A stretch of DNA of 56,699 nucleotides from a virus (Duplodnaviria > Caudoviricetes), in IMG/VR virus record IMGVR_UViG_3300044731_000819, positions 1 to 56,699 of that record. The stretch is one strand, 5' to 3'. The notes beneath the pieces were generated by a model. The model was given only the letters and a program-made list of their open reading frames with translations, was not told the DNA's origin and did no database searches. The position numbers and the translations under genes are program-made. Below are positions 8,865-19,400 of the stretch, in pieces (the first letter of the stretch is position 1; each line of letters starts with the position of its first letter).

Positions 8865-11812
8865 TAACTACAACTTATACTAAAATCTACGTTTAATTTT
8901 ATTTCAATATCACTACTTCCAAGTAATGCATTAAATCCTAAATATTTAATCAAAACATTACTGTCAATTATCTCAAAAGTATAACCATAACTACTTAAAT
9001 TCGGTAAATATTGATTCAAAGCATTTGTCCAATCAGAGTTTGCTGGAGCATCAAATGGTCCATTACCATTATAAATTATACTTGAGATTACTTCAGTTCC
9101 ATTTAATACAACAACCATTCTCCATGTCGTCGATACTGAGTTTTGATTACAAGTATACCCTTCAGATATTTTACCAGAAACATAATTAAAGATTATTTCA
9201 TTTAACAATGATTGGAAACTTGTATATGAAGTAGTTCCATTTAACCAAGGAAATATTGGGAATGTTACAACTCCTTGACATGCTCCGTGTAAAAATAAAT
9301 CACCGTCAATAATACAAGGCTTACAAAGAGCTGGTGGTATAAATGAACTACAACTTCTTGGTATTTTATATGTATGTTTCTGTCTTTGTAATGGAGCATT
9401 ATTATATTTTATACCTGTATTCCATATTGTTGAAGATGGGATTAATTGTTCCGCTAATTTTGGCCAATACGTCCCCAAATTTTTAACGTAGTCAATAAGT
9501 TTTTGATATGTAAAATTATCGTTTGGTATCCCCACTTGACTAGCCGATTCCAAATATCTCCAATAAATCAAAGACACATCATCATATCCACTTGATACTT
9601 GTCTATTAGCAACATTAACTTTGTTTTGCCAAAATGAATTAGCAAATTCAAAGAATGTTTGTTTGTTAGGCGGAACATTAGTCGTAGTCATTAATGCTTT
9701 ACCATAAACCTGTTGAGTTGTTGGTGTGTTAGGAATAGGATACCCATATTTAGAGGACATATTCCATACATCAAAAACAAGTCCTGCAGCAGGATTCATA
9801 AATAAATCAATATTTTTAACGTTCAATACTAATCTTTCGTCATCAGCATAATAAAACGCATTAAATCCTCCTTCGTTTGAAATTCTTGACTTATCTCTAA
9901 AAGACCAGCTCTTTTTATTATCACTAATCTTTTTAAGTTTAAATCCTAAATCCATATATGGGAAATTTCTAAATCTATCAAGATATTGTTGACCATATGT
10001 AAATTTCTTAAAGTCAGTCTGTACATTAGTGTTTTGACCTGTAAATACAGATTGTGTTTCACTAACATCCTGATTACTTTGGTGTGGTGGTGTTAATTCA
10101 TACCAACCCGCACCTAATTGGAAGAAGAATGAACTACTATTTGGAGGTGTTTTTGGATAACCTTCATTATCAATTGGGTAGTCCCCCTCTAACACATCTA
10201 CAGTAACCACATTAGTAGTAGCACTATACCCTGAGAATGTTTGCCCAAAGATTGAAAATGTGTCATTTGGATTAAACACAATAGTTTCTTCTAACTTTGT
10301 TCCTCCTGAAATTTTAGCCCACTCTGTGTTAAAATCACGCATGTTGATTTTTTGGTCGGCTAAATAAATTGTTTCGTTAAACTCAATCAACGCTTCAGGA
10401 GCTCCAACCAATCTCAATAAGAATTCTAATGCTCTTCTAGTTCCTTTTGACTTGAACAAGTAAGCCGAATTCAATATTAAATTCTTATAGAACTGATAAT
10501 TAATCTCACTTGGTGTCAAACTTCTTGACATACCGGGATATGGAGATTTTGTATCATTACCAAAAACAGATTTTAAAAAATCTTCTTCAGTAATAGGAGA
10601 AACGTTAATATTCCAACCTAATGTTTGCGATAGATTTTTTAATAACTCCGATGGAATATCATTCTTTGTGTTATAATTTACAGAATTCATATAAGCCAAT
10701 GCGTCTATGAATTTCTTAACTTCGTCAAAACTTCTACCATAGATGTTTAAAACTTTTTCAACCCTTTGGTCTGAAGTATCAAATTCTTTAAATGAGTCGG
10801 TAACTAAAAATCTTGATATTAGGTTTGTTTTTGACGCATCAAAACTTGTGGCAATTTGATTAAGTTTTGTTATATATGAGGTAAAATTGTTTGTTGATAT
10901 ATCTAAATTCCATACTCCCGATAAAGGCCAAGTTACTGATTCAGTTCCAACATATGTTGTTCCATCATCATTTTGTTTTGGGACTTGGAATATTGCAGTG
11001 TATTTTGGAGTAACTAATCGATTTAAAAGGTATTTTTCAATCTCATCAAATGGTTGTGTAAATGCAACCTCAGTATAATAATCATTTGGTTTAATTATTA
11101 ACACTTCATAAGAATTTAAATCTCCTGAAAATGGTTTACCAGCAACTGTTAAATTCAAATATCCTGTAGTAAAACTATTTGTAGGGGTCATATTCAATAT
11201 TGGATATTGAACATCTCTTACATAAACCGCATACTTACTATATTCTAAAGTCATGTTTCTCAAATATGAAACTTCAAATTCTTTTGTTGCGATGTTTCTT
11301 GTTGAGTTAACGGTATAATCAACCTCAAATGGATTAGATGACTTTTCTAATGGTACACTAAATGTTGTTGTGTCTTCCTCAATATCGTATTCAATATTAA
11401 CAGCAGTATACCCTGAAACGAAATTTCCACCCAAAGCGTAAACTTCAACCGCCGCAGGAAAGTAATTTAAGATTTGAGTAATAGAAGCCGCAATTCTTTT
11501 AGTTAAAGGCCCGTAAGTTGAGAATTTGGTCACATTTGAAAGGTCAAAATTTGGATATACTCCAAATTCTTTTGCAACAATCTTTTTAGTTTCCGCAACC
11601 GATTCAATCTGTAAATTATCTAGTGTGATTGGTGCGGAAAATGCCCCAATAGAAAAAGTTCTATTAACTTTCTCACTTAAACTTGAGGTGAACTCAAAAT
11701 TACCCTGTGTTAATCCCCCTCCGTCTACAACTTGGAACCCAACAATATTGTCTGAAAACGTTCCGGCTCCGCTAGATGGTCTCGGTGGATATCTATATAA
11801 CTTTCTCGCCAT
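8864..11812 (-). CDS. Baseplate wedge / tail protein (P2 gpI / T4 gp7-like domain)
   Basis: 982 aa. DIPSELLKNLSQTLGW...AYLFKSKGTRRALEFLLRLVG matches the 'L..LA...G W ... KGT..A+' pattern of gpI/gp7-like wedge proteins. Confidence 0.6.
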   Translation of the reverse strand: MARKLYRYPPRPSSGAGTFSDNIVGFQVVDGGGLTQGNFEFTSSLSEKVNRTFSIGAFSAPITLDNLQIESVAETKKIVAKEFGVYPNFDLSNVTKFSTYGPLTKRIAASITQILNYFPAAVEVYALGGNFVSGYTAVNIEYDIEEDTTTFSVPLEKSSNPFEVDYTVNSTRNIATKEFEVSYLRNMTLEYSKYAVYVRDVQYPILNMTPTNSFTTGYLNLTVAGKPFSGDLNSYEVLIIKPNDYYTEVAFTQPFDEIEKYLLNRLVTPKYTAIFQVPKQNDDGTTYVGTESVTWPLSGVWNLDISTNNFTSYITKLNQIATSFDASKTNLISRFLVTDSFKEFDTSDQRVEKVLNIYGRSFDEVKKFIDALAYMNSVNYNTKNDIPSELLKNLSQTLGWNINVSPITEEDFLKSVFGNDTKSPYPGMSRSLTPSEINYQFYKNLILNSAYLFKSKGTRRALEFLLRLVGAPEALIEFNETIYLADQKINMRDFNTEWAKISGGTKLEETIVFNPNDTFSIFGQTFSGYSATTNVVTVDVLEGDYPIDNEGYPKTPPNSSSFFFQLGAGWYELTPPHQSNQDVSETQSVFTGQNTNVQTDFKKFTYGQQYLDRFRNFPYMDLGFKLKKISDNKKSWSFRDKSRISNEGGFNAFYYADDERLVLNVKNIDLFMNPAAGLVFDVWNMSSKYGYPIPNTPTTQQVYGKALMTTTNVPPNKQTFFEFANSFWQNKVNVANRQVSSGYDDVSLIYWRYLESASQVGIPNDNFTYQKLIDYVKNLGTYWPKLAEQLIPSSTIWNTGIKYNNAPLQRQKHTYKIPRSCSSFIPPALCKPCIIDGDLFLHGACQGVVTFPIFPWLNGTTSYTSFQSLLNEIIFNYVSGKISEGYTCNQNSVSTTWRMVVVLNGTEVISSIIYNGNGPFDAPANSDWTNALNQYLPNLSSYGYTFEIIDSNVLIKYLGFNALLGSSDIEIKLNVDFSISCS

Positions 11813-12720
11813 TACTGAACTATATTGTTAAAGTTTTTACTAAAGTCAATGTTATTATTTCTATCTTGTCTAACTTCAAATAGAAGTTTGTTGTATTGGT
11901 CACGAACTTCAAACAAGTTATATTGTTTGTAGATGTTATTACCACTATCATACATAGTGTAAATTCCATCATCAATAGATTTAGTCTGATTACCAAACAA
12001 TGCGATAGCTAATGTTGACGCATCGTGTTCAACCATTTCAACCTCAACTGACGTTGGGTTAAAGAATGTATTTGTAATCACAATGTTTTGACCAGGTTGT
12101 CCTATAAAAGGAGTTGCGTTAGGTTTTGATGTTGGTGCCGATGACGGAGATAAAGTACAAAACATCAAATTAGTTTTTGAGTCTGTATATCTATATCTTG
12201 TCGCTTTCTGAACTGAGTTAACCAAATTTTCAGTTACCGCCTCACAATAAAAATTTGAAGTAATTAATCTAAAGAAATTGGGTATCTTTGCACCTGAATC
12301 TCTCAAATATTCAACTCTATATCCTACCAATTCTTGTGGGACAAATTTATTTTGAAATTCAGTTGGGACATTACTAATATCAATAACAATACCTTTGATG
12401 TTTGGTAATGAGGTCAATACTCCACAATCTGTAATAGTTGTCCTAATTTGGGCAGGTCTTACATATAAAGTATAAATTCCTAATTTATTAAATTCGGACG
12501 CTGGTAAAGTTAGATTATATAACCCACCTAAAATCTCAATATTGGCATTACCACCGGTATCACCATTATTAAAATAAGGTCTGATGATAGTTCTCGCATC
12601 TAATTTCTTTAAGATGAAGTTACTTGTAACGTCTCTTGACGGAGTGTAATTCAAAATTACCTCAATATCGTCGGGTGAAACATCTGCCGGTCTAATTGTT
12701 CCATAAGAACCTACTGCCAT
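11812..12720 (-). CDS. Conserved-looking virion (baseplate) protein, function unknown
   Basis: 302 aa, translationally coupled within the baseplate cluster. Confidence 0.5.
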   Translation of the reverse strand: MAVGSYGTIRPADVSPDDIEVILNYTPSRDVTSNFILKKLDARTIIRPYFNNGDTGGNANIEILGGLYNLTLPASEFNKLGIYTLYVRPAQIRTTITDCGVLTSLPNIKGIVIDISNVPTEFQNKFVPQELVGYRVEYLRDSGAKIPNFFRLITSNFYCEAVTENLVNSVQKATRYRYTDSKTNLMFCTLSPSSAPTSKPNATPFIGQPGQNIVITNTFFNPTSVEVEMVEHDASTLAIALFGNQTKSIDDGIYTMYDSGNNIYKQYNLFEVRDQYNKLLFEVRQDRNNNIDFSKNFNNIVQ

Positions 12721-12722
12721 TT

Positions 12723-13877
12723 TTAATTAAATTTAAAAAATTTATATCCATATTTTTCCAAGTCACCAAGACTATCCACCTCATTCAACCTTTCAAGTTT
12801 CTCAAGACCCGAATTTTTTCCTCTATCAATAAATACACTCGTTTGTATTTCAGGCTCAAATGCAACGTTAATTAATTCTTCTTCTTTTGTAATTGGTTCC
12901 TGAACCATCCAAGCTTCAATTAATCCAAAAGATTCAAATACTTGAATGGTTGTTTCATCTGCAAAATCCACATAACTACTATTCTGTATAGTATATGCTG
13001 TATAATTTTCGTTGATTTCTGTTATTTGTCCGAATGGTTCCCCGTTTTGAATAATTAATGTCTGTTTATATTTTTGTGGTCCGTAACTTCTTAATTCCGA
13101 TAACCTTGATGCCGTTTGAGCGGTAATTAAAAATGGAGTATCAATATAATTGTTACTTGTCTGAGCACTTACTAAATTTACAGCATCTCCTGTAAAAATG
13201 TAGTCATAAGACACAGAAGTATTCGCCCAATTTCCATTCATAGGACTGAAATATGCAGTTCCGTTTGGATTATCCACTGTAACACCTGTAAATGGTAACT
13301 GAATATACTTAATAACCGAGGTAATCCCCCAAGGACTTGTCTGAATTAAATTCAACATATATGTTACAGGAAATCCCGGATTACCATATGTATGACTTAA
13401 ACTTTCTGAAGCAAATATGTTAATATCCTCAACATATCCATCACCCCAATCAAGTTGGAATGTTGATTGTTGAACAAAATTTGAAAAGTTATTCGATGTA
13501 TTATAAACTATAACCGTATATGGATTTGCTGAACTTGCTGAAAATATAAAATTACATACCGTATCTTTCTGATGTATTGCTCCGTCAAATACACTATAGA
13601 TTCCATAATCTACAGCACTCTCCAATAACAAAATTGGAACAGATAAGTCCGTTAGAGTTGATGTCCCATTTGTTCCGCCACTTAACAACTGAGTCATTGA
13701 CGAATAAACTGTTGCCTCTCCATAATCAACTACTGTGGTTGTTGTCGCAGTAACATCACAACAAGGGTCAACATCCAACTCATTTGCAGTTGTCCCTGAT
13801 GGATATTGAACAGTGAATATCTTATTCAATATAACTTCAGGTGAAATCTTAAAATAATATTTGTTTTGATTGTCCAT
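12723..13877 (-). CDS. Virion protein with PKD-like domain
   Basis: 384 aa; FQLDWGDG...LSHTYGNPG motif. Confidence 0.5.
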   Translation of the reverse strand: MDNQNKYYFKISPEVILNKIFTVQYPSGTTANELDVDPCCDVTATTTTVVDYGEATVYSSMTQLLSGGTNGTSTLTDLSVPILLLESAVDYGIYSVFDGAIHQKDTVCNFIFSASSANPYTVIVYNTSNNFSNFVQQSTFQLDWGDGYVEDINIFASESLSHTYGNPGFPVTYMLNLIQTSPWGITSVIKYIQLPFTGVTVDNPNGTAYFSPMNGNWANTSVSYDYIFTGDAVNLVSAQTSNNYIDTPFLITAQTASRLSELRSYGPQKYKQTLIIQNGEPFGQITEINENYTAYTIQNSSYVDFADETTIQVFESFGLIEAWMVQEPITKEEELINVAFEPEIQTSVFIDRGKNSGLEKLERLNEVDSLGDLEKYGYKFFKFN

Positions 13878-14662
13878 TATGGGTTAACATATTCATACCA
13901 AGTTATCGGAGTTGTTTCACCAACCCTCACGTCATCCAAAGTGAAAACTTTATAAGTTAAAGCATCGTAATCTAATACGACTTTATAATAAAAATAATCA
14001 GATGGATTAAAATTTGAATTTCCACTACCTATAGAATTTTGAGGGGTGTTCATAAACTTAACAAAAATCCCAAGTTTGGCATCAAAAAATTTAGCACTCA
14101 TATAAAAAGTGGAAATATCTAAGTATTGTCGACTTCTTAACCAATAAATAAAAAATCCTTCCTTGTCACCTAAAAAATCTAATTTGTATTTTGGGATTTT
14201 AACATTAACATTATTTACACCGACTGTTGCAGATTCCGTCTCACCTTGTGTCGTTGGTAGAATTATTGTTATATAGTTTATTTGGTTAGTGTCTTGTGTA
14301 GTGTTATAAAAATCTAATTTAAAAAATGAATTTCTAAACGGATTTGAGAAGTAATAGATTTGTTGAGGTGTAAACCCTTCACTTACGTATGAATTCACAT
14401 ATGCAATATTACTTGGTGTAGAACCTGATGGGGTGAAAAAGAACTGATAATTGATGTCTGTTTTTTGACTCTCGTCGTGTTGAGCGTGAGAAAACCTTGA
14501 GACTTCAAAGTCTTCATTTGGATTAATGACCCTTTTAACAATTTCATCGTCATACCTGTCAATATTATTTAACTGGTCTAAATAATCCCCATTAGTTTCA
14601 ATAGGAACTACAAGTTCTCTATCATTATCATTTACTAATATTTTAAACTTATTCGCAATCAT
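13877..14662 (-). CDS. Hypothetical virion protein
   Basis: 261-aa ORF overlapping its neighbours in the structural operon. Confidence 0.5.
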   Translation of the reverse strand: MIANKFKILVNDNDRELVVPIETNGDYLDQLNNIDRYDDEIVKRVINPNEDFEVSRFSHAQHDESQKTDINYQFFFTPSGSTPSNIAYVNSYVSEGFTPQQIYYFSNPFRNSFFKLDFYNTTQDTNQINYITIILPTTQGETESATVGVNNVNVKIPKYKLDFLGDKEGFFIYWLRSRQYLDISTFYMSAKFFDAKLGIFVKFMNTPQNSIGSGNSNFNPSDYFYYKVVLDYDALTYKVFTLDDVRVGETTPITWYEYVNP

Positions 14663-16400
14663 CTATTGTTGGTAATGGAATTCCATTTACATATTCGTTT
14701 ATGTTATTTTCAGGATATATTTTAAAATCTACGTTTTGTAATGGGTAGTGAGCATCGTTCATATATGGATAATTAACCCCATTACCATTAGAATCAATGT
14801 ATCCATATGGATAAATTTCTCTCCATCTTAAAAGTCCAAGACTTTCAGAATAAAATGCGTAAGATGGTACATTTAAAATATTCAAAGAACTACTATCTTC
14901 AATATAATCAGTAAACACTCTTATTTTAACACCATTGTGGGGTTTATAATAATAACCATTTCTGTTTGTTGACGCACTAAATGTTATATCAAATAACAAA
15001 TTATTAAATTCAAACTTATGGTAAAAATCCGATATAACTGTTTCTTCTTGCAAATAACTATTATATTCGCAAAAATCACCATCCATAGTATCTCCACTTA
15101 TTAAATCTTGATTATAATAAAACTCATAATTTTCATTATTAAAAGTTTTACTATAACTTTCAGTGGGTAAATTAGTATCATTTAATAAATTATTATCGTC
15201 CCACCATTGCCCTGAATTAAAAGATATATTAAACTTATGCCCTTGTTTAAGTGCAGAGTTTGTTGTCGTATTAGGTCTTGGCCTATTAAACCAACCAAAG
15301 TATCCTCTATTAAGAACAGTTAAGTATAATTCACTTAATGGACGATTTAAATTATCAGTATACCCTGAAACAATAATATCTTTAGCAAAAGTTATATTAA
15401 AATTTTGTGTCCCATCTTGTTCTACAACTCTTGAAACGTAATTTGGCGTTAAAGCACTGGTTAAAAATTTCTTTTTACTAAAGAACCCATTTTGAGAAAA
15501 CGCAGCTTTTAATGGAATAGCATCTTTTTGATTGGTTATAATTTTGTGTCTTCTAACATAATATATTGATTTCGTATCTTCAGGATTTGTAATATCAACA
15601 ACTTTTTTAAATAACCCAATTGATGAATTAGCGAAAAATGAAGTTTCATAACCTATATCCTGAATGTTAAATATAAACTCATCACTTCCATAGGTTTCAG
15701 TACCTAACATATCAATTTGAAAATACTTGTTCCCATTAATTCCGTCCCATCCTCCCTGAAATTCAATCTCAACATAATCACCCTTTAATAAATTATGTTT
15801 CATCGGACATCTGAATGCGATGAAAATTCTACCATTCATCGCCTGTCTTGATATAATAAATGGAATACCTTCAGAACAAGTCCAAGTTATTGAATTAGTT
15901 GGTGAAAAATAATGTTGGAATGTTTTACCTGAATTATTTTCAAATGCATAACTCATATAATACGTCCAATTATAGGTCAATGCCGATTGTGTCGCAAAAT
16001 CAATATGAACACTATCAACATCGTTTCTATAAAAATTAAACTCCTTATATGGTGGGTAACCATACCAAGTACCAGGATGTGAACCACCAACTATAGAATT
16101 TTCAGCATCAGTATAAACCAAATCGTTTAAGAATGGTCCATAACTTGTCCCATTTATATTTGTTGTTCCCGTATAAGCATTATAGAATACTACTTTAGTG
16201 AAAAATGATGGTCTAAAAATAGGACAAGCTTGTCTTTCTTCATTATATAATTCGGGTAAATTAATAATAGCAGACCTATCATACTCCTCCAATTCTTGGA
16301 CCTTACCATCTAAAAATGGTGTCATTCTCATATTACGATTTGGGCTCGTAGCATATTTTGCAGAACCTAATAATATTTCTATGTTCTCATAACCACCCAT
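14649..16400 (-). CDS. Hypothetical virion/baseplate protein
   Basis: 583-aa ORF coupled to its neighbours. Confidence 0.5.
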   Translation of the reverse strand: MGGYENIEILLGSAKYATSPNRNMRMTPFLDGKVQELEEYDRSAIINLPELYNEERQACPIFRPSFFTKVVFYNAYTGTTNINGTSYGPFLNDLVYTDAENSIVGGSHPGTWYGYPPYKEFNFYRNDVDSVHIDFATQSALTYNWTYYMSYAFENNSGKTFQHYFSPTNSITWTCSEGIPFIISRQAMNGRIFIAFRCPMKHNLLKGDYVEIEFQGGWDGINGNKYFQIDMLGTETYGSDEFIFNIQDIGYETSFFANSSIGLFKKVVDITNPEDTKSIYYVRRHKIITNQKDAIPLKAAFSQNGFFSKKKFLTSALTPNYVSRVVEQDGTQNFNITFAKDIIVSGYTDNLNRPLSELYLTVLNRGYFGWFNRPRPNTTTNSALKQGHKFNISFNSGQWWDDNNLLNDTNLPTESYSKTFNNENYEFYYNQDLISGDTMDGDFCEYNSYLQEETVISDFYHKFEFNNLLFDITFSASTNRNGYYYKPHNGVKIRVFTDYIEDSSSLNILNVPSYAFYSESLGLLRWREIYPYGYIDSNGNGVNYPYMNDAHYPLQNVDFKIYPENNINEYVNGIPLPTIDDCE

Positions 16401-19400
16401 TATAAATCAGTATCATTTATGTATTTAGTTTTAAACTTGTCATAAGCACTCGCACCTTTATTTAAACCAAAATAAAAGAAAAATGGATTATTAATTTGTC
16501 TCTTATCTTGGAACCCGCTTGGTATCGCGTCGGTAGCATTACCATTAGCATCTACATTATAAATAAACCCTTTCCAATATTTTGAATTGGTTGACCCAAC
16601 AATTATTGGATGAGATGCCGGTGAGATTCTATCAATAGATTGGTATTTGTACTTAAAGAATCCACTTTCATTAGTATCCCAATTATTATTTTGATTACCA
16701 AATATAGTATTTGAATTAGTAGTTTTGATGTCCCACTCATAAAATGGAACTTCCTGTGAAAATGTACTGATATACCCAAAATCAGATGGTAGAGGAGCAG
16801 TTGAAGCGTTCTCATTCCATATCTTTCTTCTTGGTGTAATATAGTCCCTGTCTTGATTATTACCTGAGAAGAATATTTCAAAATAAGCATATTCTGAATT
16901 GTCTCTCTTAACTTTAAATGATGTGTTAACATCATACCCTTCAGGTGAAAACTCAGCAATTCCAAATTCTGAATTTATTGCCGACATTTGTGAATAGTCC
17001 CCATCTATTGTTCCAGGGAATAGGATATTACCACTTGGGTTCCATCTTTTATTTTTAAAAAATCCTGCAATTGATGGGTCTGAACCATCTCCAATTCCAG
17101 GTAAAAATAAACTAATGAAGTTTTCATTAACAAACCTACTCAAAATCATCACGTTAAGTAAGTCAGATACGTTTTTAAATGATGTTGCGTCCAATTTATC
17201 TACAATATATCCATCATAATCATCACTGAATACTATTTCTTGTAAATAAGACACTTTAGGCCCTAAATCCATCATAGTGGTTGGGAATCCTAATTGTTTA
17301 ACATTTCCGTTTCCATTTGCTCTTTCATTAGTATCCCTACCAATAAATTTATTGTTGTTATCATTGTATGGTGAACTTCTATAATAGAAATTATTTGTTG
17401 GGTCGTGGAAATACAATAACTCCTTACAATAATTGTAAGTGGGTTTGTTTTGAGCATCAAAAAATGTATTCATTTGGAATGGGAATGCGTATAATGTTCC
17501 GTTAATCCAAGCGTTTCCAAATGTATGTGAAAATACGTCAAAACAAAGTGCCATGTTCAATTTAAGACGTTGTATAAATTCAACTATTAATTTAAAATCT
17601 TTAACAATTGATATAATTGGGAATGAAACTAAACTATAACATCCATATCCATAATTAAACCAAGACCTAAACCCTCCCAAACTATAATCTTTACCACAAC
17701 AAGTTCCATCACTATCATCACAAGGTTTAATTGATACTGTATTATCTGGATTAACTATGTAACATTCTAAAGGAACTGCTTTACTACAATCAGATAATGA
17801 TTCAATAACATTAGCGTACTCTGTTGGAGTGTCACCTGTTTCAATTTCAGTAAATGTGTAAACCTCAGGAGCACTTCCTAAACCAGTTGCGGCTCCGCTT
17901 TCATCAAATAAATAAATAGTAAAGTTAGGATTTTGGTAAAGTAGACGAACTCCATCACCTGTAGTATTTCCTGTCGGCACCTGAGTTGATGATGGTAATC
18001 TATCAGTCCTCATAACCAATTTTGTTGGATTAGACATATTAACAGATGTAGTATTAGGATAAATGTTTGTTGAATATGACGTAGAAACCGCAACCTCTGT
18101 TAAAACTGTTTGGCTACAGTAAACCTGTGTATTAGAAGCCGATATGTAAGCGTTACAAGAACTGCCCCCCTCAATATATTCTCCAGAAGCATATCCATAT
18201 AGACTATTATTACCATTAGTAAATCTCCAACCAGTTTTTATGTTATAGAAGGTATTACAGTCACAATCAGTGGTACTATTAATTAAGTTTGAACTTGACT
18301 GAACTGCGGTTAATAATCCCCCACTTTCAGTTACGGGACCTCCCGAACCACTTGAACCTAATCTTGAATAATATCTTAATAAATTACTAGTGTACCCTGT
18401 AAATGTGCTTTGGACATTCATTGTACTATTGAAGAATATTGTACCAAAAGTATCTGTTGAACTATTTGTCGCAAATTGGTCGTGTCTTGGTAATCTTAAT
18501 CCATTATTAGATGCTTGTATTGGTACATTTAATTTATATTCACCAGTTATTGTTAATCCTTGTTGTCCATAATTTGTCCATCCAAAAATTCTTGATAGGT
18601 CAATTTCTTGTTGAACTTTGGGGGAATGTGGGTCAACTCCTCTCTGTAAAATTATAATACCTAAACCTTCCTTACCATCCAAATAATATAAAGGTGTTTG
18701 TATATTTGAATCGGATGACACATTATATGCGGGGGAAGGGGCTAATGCAATACTTCTCCATAATTGGTTAGTACAATCAATGTCAGCACCAAGATAATCT
18801 CCGACTGTCATAAATACCCTCATTTGATTATTAAGATACCTATTTAAAAAATCCGGCTTTGAATTCCTATATAAATAATTACCGTTAATATTAGTACTAT
18901 TTTCAGTTAATGCAAAGAATGAATTTAACGTTAATCCTGTCAATACTTGGTAAAATTCCATATCCGTAGGATATGCCAAATAATTAGCAGTTTCACTAGT
19001 GTAATTTATCGTATATGTCACACTATTACTAACATTTGGGTTTGTAGGTGAAGCATAATTTAATGTCCACTGAGAACCATTTGCAATTGGGGTACCTGTA
19101 ATTGAATTTGTACCTCCTGTATTCGCAACAGAACTACCCGTTAAATTAGGGTCGCTTGATAATGATGGGTCACTAAATGAAAGTAATTGTCCGGTAGTAA
19201 AGGAACCAATTTCACCAGCGTCAACGACTAATATCATTGTGTTATCATAGTGAAATAAATTACCATTACCTGAAATAGTTCTTTTAACTTGATTTCTACC
19301 AACACCACCATTTACAGTTGTAGTGTCAAAGTATTTATCTTTTAAATTAAAACAATTTAGTCTTTCTGCAATAGTCAATGAGTTACTAAACAAAACATCA